Source: Telmatocola sphagniphila
GTDB taxonomy: Bacteria > Planctomycetota > Planctomycetia > Gemmatales > Gemmataceae
Length of the DNA stretch: 32,000 nucleotides
Direction: 5' to 3'
Assembly: GCF_018398935.1 (NCBI RefSeq)
Contig: NZ_CP074694.1
Location: 2,460,001-2,492,000 of the forward strand
In this document: one piece after another, positions 17,458-24,848 of the stretch
How positions within the stretch are numbered: the stretch's first letter is position 1
Layout of the letters: every line of letters begins with the position of its first letter
The notes under the pieces: generated by a model
Seen by the model: the letters and a program-made list of their open reading frames with translations, nothing else
Told to the model about the DNA's origin: nothing
Databases searched by the model: none
Position numbers and translations under genes: made by a program

Positions 17458-18834
17458 CTAGAATTCTGCGATAAAACTCGCAGCCGCTTCGACGATCAGG
17501 TCGCGCGTTAAATGCACAGGATGCCGTCTGTATCGACAGATTGATTGAACAATCTCCAATAAATCGCGACAATCACTGGCGCGAGGGCTTCTCCCCCTGG
17601 TGTAATAACGCTCGTACAAATAATCGACTCCCTCGGGGGTCGGGGTCATTCCAAGCTTCTTGCAATAGTTATTGAAAATTTTCTCGTAGATATCCCGCGT
17701 AGGGGCATGGACCTGAACCTTGTGCCGGATACGTCGCAAGAACGCATCGTCCACCAAATCCTTCGGATCCAGGTTAGTCGAGAAGATAATCAACTGTTCG
17801 AACGGCACTGCAAACTTCTTACCGTTGGAAACGGTCAAGAAATCGTGCCGGTCTTCCAACGGCAGAATCCAGCGATTCAGCAATTCTTTAGGACTGACAA
17901 TCTGGCGACCGAAGTCGTCGATCAAAAACACTCCACCGTTGGCTTTGAAGTGAATAGGCGCCTGATAGAAGTTCGCTTCGGAATTAAATCGCAAATCCAG
18001 CATATCCAGGGTCAATTCCCCCCCGGTCACAATGACTGGACGGCGTATGCGCACCCAGCGGGGATCGATGTTCCCAGTGGTGAGTAACCTTCTTACCGTT
18101 GCATCGCCATCATCTGTACGCAGGTCGATCGTTTCATCGACGGCGTGGAGCGAAGGATCGAAGCAAGTAACGATGTGGCCATCGGCGATGAAAGCGTAGG
18201 GAATATAAATCGCCCCGCCGGAGTTATTCATGAATTCGCCGATCGCCCGGGCGATGGCGGTCTTACCGTTTCCGGGAGGGCCGTAAATGAATACCGATTT
18301 TCCGGAAACCACTGCCGGGCCAATGGCGTTGAACAAATCTTCTTTGATGACCAGGTGGGTAAAAGGAGGACGCAGAAGCTCAGGAGTACAGCGAATTCCC
18401 GTTACCGCCTGACGATAGGTCTGTTCCACATAATCTTCAATGGGAACTGGAGCGGGTCCGACGTACCCGCAGATCTGCATCACTTCGGAGGATCGCTTAC
18501 GGCCCAGATCGGTCAGGGCGTACTTATAGCTCACTTCCCCAACCAGATCCCCGCCTTGAACTTCGATGCATTTTTCGCCTTTCAAAAAATTCAATTGATC
18601 GCGAATGATTTTAAAGGGCAGGCAGAGAAACTGTGCGAGATCCCGTCCGAGCATGGAGCCGCGAATATAAATCGACTTGAGAATCATGTCGTTGACGAAT
18701 GATTCTGTAAGCCCCGATTCTTTCAGGGTTTCTGGAATCACCGGACCTTCCAACCCTGAGTTGAAATCCCAGTCCGAGTTCGAAGAACTTCGACTTTGGG
18801 AACGACTGGCGGATGTGACCGAATTAGTTTTCAT
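17458..18834 (-). CDS. Classical-clade AAA+ ATPase with a ~180-aa non-ATPase N-terminal domain; function unknown
   Basis: Walker A GPPGNGKT (nt 18259-18282), Walker B GGVFLIDDFGRQ, sensor-1 IIFSTNLDP, Arg-finger region LVDDAFLRRIRHKV. No TM helix. The start is taken at ATG 18834 (MKTNSV...); the track's start at 18864 is a TTG. Confidence 0.85.
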   Translation of the reverse strand: MKTNSVTSASRSQSRSSSNSDWDFNSGLEGPVIPETLKESGLTESFVNDMILKSIYIRGSMLGRDLAQFLCLPFKIIRDQLNFLKGEKCIEVQGGDLVGEVSYKYALTDLGRKRSSEVMQICGYVGPAPVPIEDYVEQTYRQAVTGIRCTPELLRPPFTHLVIKEDLFNAIGPAVVSGKSVFIYGPPGNGKTAIARAIGEFMNNSGGAIYIPYAFIADGHIVTCFDPSLHAVDETIDLRTDDGDATVRRLLTTGNIDPRWVRIRRPVIVTGGELTLDMLDLRFNSEANFYQAPIHFKANGGVFLIDDFGRQIVSPKELLNRWILPLEDRHDFLTVSNGKKFAVPFEQLIIFSTNLDPKDLVDDAFLRRIRHKVQVHAPTRDIYEKIFNNYCKKLGMTPTPEGVDYLYERYYTRGRSPRASDCRDLLEIVQSICRYRRHPVHLTRDLIVEAAASFIAEF

Positions 18835-18867
18835 TGTGCTGAGTCTCGAAGCGATAAAGCCCAATAA

Positions 18868-19095
18868 TTACCTGCGCCAGCGGCCGCGGGTGATGATGAA
18901 TATCCCCACTGCTCCCAGCAGCAGCACGATGCTCACAATTCCGTTCTCGGTCACGAGAACGTGCGTCCAGTAGTTGAGAAAGTTCTGCCAATAGAGGTAG
19001 AAGCTTCCCGAAAGGCCGAACAAGTATGGCGTACTGTGAAGTAACATTAGCGTGAACAGGAAAGATAATGGGACATCTGAAATGAAACATAGCAT
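18868..19095 (-). CDS. Possible small two-TM membrane protein (uncertain)
   Basis: 75-aa ORF with two hydrophobic stretches and a basic tail (RGRWRR). Its stop lies 33 nt upstream of the AAA+ ATG. However, its ATG sits immediately after the T8 tract of the upstream terminator, leaving no room for a promoter or RBS. Confidence 0.35.
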   Translation of the reverse strand: MLCFISDVPLSFLFTLMLLHSTPYLFGLSGSFYLYWQNFLNYWTHVLVTENGIVSIVLLLGAVGIFIITRGRWRR

Positions 19096-19127
19096 AAAAA
19101 AAACCGGGGAGTCTAATGACTCCCCGG
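19096..19127 (-). terminator. Strong rho-independent terminator after the tad-linked lipoprotein gene
   Basis: Perfect 10-bp GC-rich stem CCGGGGAGTC (19104-19113) / GACTCCCCGG (19118-19127) with a 4-nt loop. On the minus strand it is followed by T8 (19103-19096). It lies 28 nt after the stop codon at 19156. Confidence 0.75.
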
Positions 19128-19155
19128 CAACTTGAGAATTATCGAAAAGTTTTTA

Positions 19156-19869
19156 CTAGCGAGGCGTTACGCCGGTGCCAGTACCGGTTCCCCCGGTATT
19201 ACCCGCATTCCCGGTGTTGCCGGTATTCCCAGTGTTGGTGTTGTTATTGGTGTTACCGCCGGTCGCACCACCGCCACCGCCGCCTCCGCCCGTCGCGCCG
19301 CCGCCGGCCGCACCACCAGCCGCTCCACCGCCACCGCTGTAATTACTGAGCTGAGCCGTGGTCGCATTTCGAGCGGAAATTGCGGATATGCTCGGATCCG
19401 ACGGATCGTGAATGTAAACTTCGAAGCTGGTAGGACGACCCGCGGTTCGGGAGGCCAGATATTTCTTGATGGCCGCGATTCGCTTGGCGTCCAGATCTCG
19501 CTGCTTCTCCGAGAAAGCAGTGGGATTTTCCGCGTTGTACGGTATGTCCGTAGCGGTTGCCAGGAACAGCCGGGAATCCGGCGCTGGACGGCGTCGCACC
19601 AGTTGATCCAGTTTGTCGAGCCCTGAAACATTCAACTTGTCAGTTTCTGCTTCAAAGTTGTAGTTGAAAATCGTCTGATCTAGGATGTGCCCGTTGTGAA
19701 CCTGGGCAGCATACAGAGACATCGTGTTAGCACGCGCCGTGGAATTGTAACGTTCCATGGCACATGGATCGACTGCCTCATGGTAGCGATCGCATACCTG
19801 GCAGCCCGTGGACAGCGATAAACCAAACATCCCGACGCCGATCGACAGGACGCGAACAACCTTCACCAT
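19156..19869 (-). CDS. Lipoprotein with a Gly/Ala/Asn/Thr low-complexity C-terminal tail, last gene of the tad transcription unit
   Basis: Lipobox LSLSTGC in MVKVVRVLSIGVGMFGLSLSTGC. A ~150-aa globular part is followed by a 60-aa tail: SGGGGAAGGAAGGGATGGGGGGGGATGGNTNNNTNTGNTGNTGNAGNTGGTGTGTGVTPR. Confidence 0.75.
   Translation of the reverse strand: MVKVVRVLSIGVGMFGLSLSTGCQVCDRYHEAVDPCAMERYNSTARANTMSLYAAQVHNGHILDQTIFNYNFEAETDKLNVSGLDKLDQLVRRRPAPDSRLFLATATDIPYNAENPTAFSEKQRDLDAKRIAAIKKYLASRTAGRPTSFEVYIHDPSDPSISAISARNATTAQLSNYSGGGGAAGGAAGGGATGGGGGGGGATGGNTNNNTNTGNTGNTGNAGNTGGTGTGTGVTPR
19159..19338 (-). repeat. Imperfect short tandem codon repeats (GGN/GCN/AAY/ACN) encoding the Gly-rich tail
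   Basis: The plus strand reads as runs of ggtattccc / ggtgttgcc / ggtgttacc, then accgccaccgccgcctccgcc units. This is coding low complexity and is not spaced like a CRISPR array. Confidence 0.5.
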
Positions 19870-20071
19870 GGAAAGTCCTCCCCTCGTATTTCTACTCCTG
19901 CTGTTAGAATCGGTAGGAAGAGTATCTCCAGTTTAATCTTTCTCGCCCGTTTTATCGGACTTGCCCGACTTAATGGAATTTAACTAAACGAACAATGCCG
20001 GTGCAATCGGCCGATTCTATGAAATCGACTGATCGCACAGGCACTGTAAAATTTCCTTTTCGTCCTTCAGA

Positions 20072-21079
20072 TCAACCGCCGCCCTTCAGAAGCCCCTTCT
20101 GAATCTGAATCGCCGCAGGTCCGCAAAGTACGACGAAGATAGCCGGGAAGATGAAGAGCACCAGAGGGAAGATCAACTGCACCGCCGTTTTCTGGGCCTT
20201 TTCTTCAGCGATCTGTCGACGCTTGATTCGCATCGAGTCGGATTGCACTCGCAGGGCATGACCGATGGAAGAACCAAATCGATCGGCCTGAATCAAGATC
20301 GCTGCCAGGCTTCGCATATCGTCAACGCCCGTTCGCACACCGAGATCGTGTAGCACTTCTCGTCGCGGACGGCCCATCTGCAATTGCATGTTTGCCAAAG
20401 AGAATTCTTCAACGATCACTTTAGCATGCTCGCCCATCTCTTCAGTGACTTTTCGCATGGCGGCGTCCAAACCCAGGCCGCTTTCCACGCAAACCACCAT
20501 CAAGTCCAGGGCATCGGGCAACGAGAGGAAGATTTCCTTCTGACGGCCTTTCTTCAACTGGCCTAAAACGATGCTGGGAACGTACAGGCCGATACCGGCT
20601 CCGACGATTACCCACTGCATGGCTTCGAGAGATAATCCGGCGGTTGGGAAAGCATAGGCACAAGCTACACCTGTGAAGAACAGGAAGCTGGCCATCCGAA
20701 TGCCGTAGTAAACTTTCGGTGCGTTGTCGGATCGGAAACCCGCATTGGCGAGGGTCACCTTCAAGTTATTCTTCTCCAACTCCGATTGAGGCTGCATGGC
20801 CGAACCGAGTTTGGAGATCTTTTCCTTCAGGCTGCTGAAACGATTTTCGGAGTCGTTCTTATCCCCCGATGCCGGATTTTCCAGATCGTGGTAGGATTTG
20901 GGTCGACCCAGACGAGCCAGGCGTTCTTCAGCCTGGTTGGTGGATTTACTGAAACTGCTCATCAAAAACCAGGCAATACCCATGCAGAGCAGAAAAGCGA
21001 TCATGGGAAGCAGTTCGTTCATCGTAAGCGCGGCCAGTAACATTGCTGAGACTCCGGTTGTGTAGTTCGACTTCCCCAA
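20072..21079 (-). CDS. tadC: Tad pilus inner-membrane platform protein TadC (T2SSF domain)
   Basis: Polytopic protein with a T2SSF-like cytoplasmic domain (LSLPDALDLMVVCVESGLGLDAAM...) and a C-terminal TM helix. It directly follows tadB. The track's start at 21079 is a TTG; in-frame ATGs at 21043 and 21022 are alternatives. Confidence 0.88.
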   Translation of the reverse strand: MGKSNYTTGVSAMLLAALTMNELLPMIAFLLCMGIAWFLMSSFSKSTNQAEERLARLGRPKSYHDLENPASGDKNDSENRFSSLKEKISKLGSAMQPQSELEKNNLKVTLANAGFRSDNAPKVYYGIRMASFLFFTGVACAYAFPTAGLSLEAMQWVIVGAGIGLYVPSIVLGQLKKGRQKEIFLSLPDALDLMVVCVESGLGLDAAMRKVTEEMGEHAKVIVEEFSLANMQLQMGRPRREVLHDLGVRTGVDDMRSLAAILIQADRFGSSIGHALRVQSDSMRIKRRQIAEEKAQKTAVQLIFPLVLFIFPAIFVVLCGPAAIQIQKGLLKGGG

Positions 21080-22108
21080 TTAAACCTTGATATCCACGAT
21101 TTTCTTGATGGAGTACGCCCCGATGAGCATAAGTATGATCGCTCCAATACTCATCTGGACCCCCATCGGATCCTTCCACAACTGTTCCACGTAGTCCGGT
21201 TTCATCTGAAGTAACATCAGGAACAGGCCGATCGGCAACGCGATCAGAACGATACCCGACAAACGACCTTCGGCCGTGAGTCCTTTAATCAGACCCATAA
21301 TCTTGATGCGTTCGCGAATAATGTAACCGATACGATCCAGAATTTCCCCGAGGTCCCCCCCCGTTTGACGCTGGATGGCCACCGAGGTGACGAAAAAGCG
21401 AACGTCGAGGTTCGGGATGCGTCGGCTCATGTTATCCAGAGCTTCTTCGACGCTGATGCCCATATTCTGCTCGTCGTAGACTCGTGCAAATTCCTTGGAA
21501 ATCGGAGGAGGCAATTCTTCCGCGACCACGTGCATACCGGAATTCAAGGAGTGGCCGGCTCGCAGAGCTCGTGCCATCAATTCCATCGCATCGGGCATCT
21601 GATTGGCAAACTTCTTCAATCGCGAAGCGCGTTTGAACCAGACCCAGATCAACGGCATGACGCCAAACACGAGTGCCCCGACGGGAGCAACGTAGAAGTT
21701 GACAACACCGCCGATCAGGAAGAAACCGGCACCGGCCAAACAGAGGGCCACTCCGAAGAGTTTGGAAGGCTCCATTTTCACGTCGGCCTGCTCGAAGTAG
21801 AGACCGACATCGAAGGACTTGGGAATTAATCTCTGAAGCAGCGATTTGGTGTTCACAGAGTCCAGGGCCTGCTTCAGCAGCATATCGGACTGAGAGCTGC
21901 TGGCTGCCGCTGGTCCACCCCGGCCAACCAACTGGTCGAGACGTTCGACGTTACGATTATTGCCGGAATCACGAAGAACGAAGGCCGCGATCCCAACGAG
22001 ACCGGATACGCCTAAAAACGCTAGCATTGAAATTACTGTGGGATCCATTGCGGAAATTCTCGCTGAAGGTCGGGGTGCAGATCCTAATGGCCCTACTACG
22101 AGAGCCAA
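21080..22108 (-). CDS. tadB: Tad pilus inner-membrane platform protein TadB (T2SSF domain)
   Basis: T2SSF-like segment QMPDAMELMARALRAGHSLNSGM... flanked by TM helices, directly downstream of cpaF. The track's start at 22108 is a TTG. An ATG at 22048 (MDPTVISMLAF...) is a likely alternative. Confidence 0.88.
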   Translation of the reverse strand: MALVVGPLGSAPRPSARISAMDPTVISMLAFLGVSGLVGIAAFVLRDSGNNRNVERLDQLVGRGGPAAASSSQSDMLLKQALDSVNTKSLLQRLIPKSFDVGLYFEQADVKMEPSKLFGVALCLAGAGFFLIGGVVNFYVAPVGALVFGVMPLIWVWFKRASRLKKFANQMPDAMELMARALRAGHSLNSGMHVVAEELPPPISKEFARVYDEQNMGISVEEALDNMSRRIPNLDVRFFVTSVAIQRQTGGDLGEILDRIGYIIRERIKIMGLIKGLTAEGRLSGIVLIALPIGLFLMLLQMKPDYVEQLWKDPMGVQMSIGAIILMLIGAYSIKKIVDIKV

Positions 22109-22127
22109 TTATTGCCAATATAGAACA

Positions 22128-23504
22128 CTAATCGCGGAGCAGAACTCTTTCGCTGAACATATTTGAAGGTAATTTGACACCTTTAGCTTCCAAACGGGAC
22201 ACGAAACTCGGGCGAACCCCGGTGGCTTCGAACTGTCCGTACGCACGACCGTTCTGGTCGACGCCCACTTGTTTGTAACGGAAGACTTCCTGCATGACGA
22301 TAACATCCTGTTCCATGCTGAGCACTTCCGTGATGCTGGTAACCTTACGAGGACCCCCTTGGAGTCGGTTCGCCTGAATAACCAGGTCAACGGCGGAGGC
22401 AATCTGCTGTCGCATCGCCTTGATCGGCAACTCGAAACCCGCCATCATGATCATGGTTTCCAATCGGGCCATCGCATCGCGAACCGTGTTGGCGTGCAGA
22501 GTGGTCATCGAACCGGAGTGACCAGTATTCATAGCCTGAAGCATGTCGAGGGTTTCGCCGCCGCGACACTCGCCGATGATGATTCGTTCAGGACGCATAC
22601 GCAGGGCGTTGCGAACCAGATCGCGGGTCGTCACCGCGCCTTTGCCTTCGATGTTCGGCGGCCGGGTTTCCAGTCGGACCACGTGATCCTGCTGGAGTTG
22701 CAATTCGGCCGCGTCTTCGATGGTTACCAATCGTTCATCGCTCGGGATGAAACTCGAAAGCGTATTCAAAAGCGTCGTCTTACCGCAACCGGTACCTCCC
22801 GAGATCACGACGTTCAATCGGGATTTGATGCACGCTTCCATCAACATGGCCATTTCGGGCGAAAAGGCCTTGTAATTCAGAAGGTCCTCGAGCTTCAGCG
22901 GATTCGAACCGAATCGGCGAATGGAAAGCGAGGCCCCATCCAGAGCAATCGGCGGAATCACCGCGTTCACGCGCGAGCCGTCCGGCAGACGGGCGTCGAC
23001 CAGAGGTGAAGTTTCATCCACGCGGCGGCCGATTTTCGAAACGATACGATCGATGATTTGAAGCAGGTGATCGTTGTCGCGGAATATCACATCCGATTTT
23101 TCGAGTTTACCGCGACGCTCGATGTAAATGTTTTTGGGACCGTTGACCAGGATATCGCTGATGGTCGGGTCTTTCAGTAGCGGTTCCAGCGGTCCGAAAC
23201 CCAGTGTCTCATCGAGAATTTCTTCGATGAGTTTTTCGCGCTCCATGCGGTTGAGGAGCGGATTTTCGGTGTCGCAAAGATGTTCGATCACCCGGCGAAT
23301 ATCGCGCCGGAGATTCTCGCTGTTCAGATCCTTAACGCGCGTGAAGTCGAGTCTTTCGACCAACTTGGAGTGGATCTGGCGCTTGAGTTCGTCGAAGTTT
23401 TTATTGCCGCCCCCACCGGAGCTTTGAATGGTGGACGATAAGGTTCGGCCGCCCTGGTGGCTCAAGCTGTTGAGTTTGGACAATCCCTGTTGCAATCGCG
23501 ACAT
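22128..23504 (-). CDS. cpaF: Tad pilus secretion ATPase CpaF/TadA (T2SSE family)
   Basis: Walker [15 protein letters not shown], Asp box VTIEDAAEL, Walker [12 protein letters not shown], His box [15 protein letters not shown]. Confidence 0.95.
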   Translation of the reverse strand: MSRLQQGLSKLNSLSHQGGRTLSSTIQSSGGGGNKNFDELKRQIHSKLVERLDFTRVKDLNSENLRRDIRRVIEHLCDTENPLLNRMEREKLIEEILDETLGFGPLEPLLKDPTISDILVNGPKNIYIERRGKLEKSDVIFRDNDHLLQIIDRIVSKIGRRVDETSPLVDARLPDGSRVNAVIPPIALDGASLSIRRFGSNPLKLEDLLNYKAFSPEMAMLMEACIKSRLNVVISGGTGCGKTTLLNTLSSFIPSDERLVTIEDAAELQLQQDHVVRLETRPPNIEGKGAVTTRDLVRNALRMRPERIIIGECRGGETLDMLQAMNTGHSGSMTTLHANTVRDAMARLETMIMMAGFELPIKAMRQQIASAVDLVIQANRLQGGPRKVTSITEVLSMEQDVIVMQEVFRYKQVGVDQNGRAYGQFEATGVRPSFVSRLEAKGVKLPSNMFSERVLLRD

Positions 23505-23566
23505 CGCTTCTACCTCTTGCTGTCAATCACGCCGTCGAATCTTGGTGAAGTATCATCAATCCACGA

Positions 23567-24778
23567 TCAGCTGAACCAACCCTTTTTCTTGGCGTTGTCG
23601 GCCACGTTGATGGATCGCCCCATAATCGCCTGAGCTAATCCCTGGATGCTTTGCTGGGCTCGGCACTTAGGCGCCATCTTGATCAGAGGTTCGCCGTGGG
23701 TGCGCGATTGCATCACAGTTTTGGAATCATTGGGAACCTGCCAGTAGATCTTCTTGCCGATGACTTCTTCCGCCTTTTTGAGCGTAATGCCATCCTCGAG
23801 GTGATCTGAACCCGATCGATTGACCACAATCTCGACCTTCTCGCCCAGTTCCGGCTCCTGATTCAGGGCATGATTCAAACGTACCACATTCCGGAGAGCG
23901 CTGAGCTCCAATTGCGTTACCAGCAGAATTTTATCGGACATCCGAAGGGCCATCAGGTCCGTTGGTAACAGCGATTTCGTCAAATCGATGATCAGATAGT
24001 TGTAACTGATCTTCAAAAGGTTCAATATTCGCTCGATGTGACCTTCATGAATAATACTCACATCCGTCAATTCCAGCGGATGCCGCAGAACGGATAAACC
24101 GCTCGATTCGTGCTTGACAAGCGCCCGACGCAGGTAATTCATGTCGAGCCGTTCGATGTTGCGAGCCAGATCGGCGAGGCTGATGTTCTCATTCCCTGGC
24201 AGTTCGATGGCGATATCGGCATCTCCCAAGGCCAGGTCGAGGTCGATTAAAGCCACGTTGTTTGCCGGGTCGGCCGCGAGTGTGGCGGCCAGATTCACGG
24301 CGATAGTCGTGCAACCGACGCCGCCGCGGGAACCGAGAACCGTAACGATTTTGGAAGAATTCGTCCGTACCGTACTGGGGGCCGCGGAACTGTCTTGCTG
24401 TCCCACCGGCGCGGAAGAAACTTCGCTAAGGGCGCGACGCAAAGTCGAGAGTAAATCTTCGAGATTGATCGGCGGTGAGATGAAGTACCGGGCGCCGCGT
24501 TGTAGAGACTGTAGGAGAGTCCCACTATCGTCGCTGATTGTCAGAATAGGCAGCTTCGGATACATCGAAGCCACCTGGCTGATCATATTCAGAGCTTTTT
24601 GTCGATCGCCATCCAAAGCGACAATCACCAGTTCCGGAAGGGAGTTCTGAATGACGTCGAAGAAATATTCATAACGGGCACATTCCGCTTCCAGCCAAAC
24701 GAAATCCACGCCTAACAGCATGGTTCGCAGCGATTCGCGGGAGGCTTCAGTCGGGTCGACAATGGCAATACGATGCAT
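23567..24778 (-). CDS. cpaE: CpaE/TadZ: atypical receiver domain fused to a MinD/ParA-like ATPase fold
   Basis: N-terminal receiver-like fold (IAIVDP...ELVIVALDGD...LPILTISDD). The ParA-like P-loop reads GSRGGVGCTT (nt 24305-24334), followed by ALIDLDLALGD. The gene sits between the secretin gene and cpaF. Confidence 0.85.
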   Translation of the reverse strand: MHRIAIVDPTEASRESLRTMLLGVDFVWLEAECARYEYFFDVIQNSLPELVIVALDGDRQKALNMISQVASMYPKLPILTISDDSGTLLQSLQRGARYFISPPINLEDLLSTLRRALSEVSSAPVGQQDSSAAPSTVRTNSSKIVTVLGSRGGVGCTTIAVNLAATLAADPANNVALIDLDLALGDADIAIELPGNENISLADLARNIERLDMNYLRRALVKHESSGLSVLRHPLELTDVSIIHEGHIERILNLLKISYNYLIIDLTKSLLPTDLMALRMSDKILLVTQLELSALRNVVRLNHALNQEPELGEKVEIVVNRSGSDHLEDGITLKKAEEVIGKKIYWQVPNDSKTVMQSRTHGEPLIKMAPKCRAQQSIQGLAQAIMGRSINVADNAKKKGWFS

Positions 24779-24796
24779 AATCTTACCATCAAATAA

Positions 24797-24822
24797 TCGA
24801 ACCGCGACGAGTCGCGGTTCGA
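24797..24822 (-). promoter_or_regulatory. Strong GC-rich hairpin between cpaC and cpaE (attenuator or mRNA-processing candidate)
   Basis: TCGAACCGCGAC-ga-GTCGCGGTTCGA, with 12-nt arms that are exact reverse complements. On the minus strand it is followed by TTATTT. It ends 18 nt upstream of the cpaE ATG (24778). Confidence 0.45.
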
Positions 24823-24848
24823 ATAATTAAGTCAATTCGATCTCGAAA

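Noticed and set aside
18824-19090. 88-aa minus-strand ORF overlapping the AAA+ ATPase start
   Set aside because: It overlaps the AAA+ N-terminus out of frame and has no hydrophobic or other motif. The competing 75-aa frame (18868-19095) is at least membrane-protein-like, though itself uncertain.
19116-19631. Alternative-frame ORFs over the lipoprotein gene (19116-19349 and 19132-19626 plus; 19167-19631 minus), and the idea that the repeats at 19159-19338 might be a CRISPR or VNTR locus
   Set aside because: The repeats are 3-9-nt coding repeats with no spacer/repeat periodicity. The frame with the lipobox start and globular domain explains the region.
19870-20071. Nested imperfect hairpin after tadC (about 19999-20043) as a terminator
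   Set aside because: The outer stem has a mismatch and a wobble, and the downstream tract (CATTGTTCGTTTAGTT) is only weakly U-rich. It may modulate read-through into the lipoprotein gene, but the evidence is too weak for a feature call.
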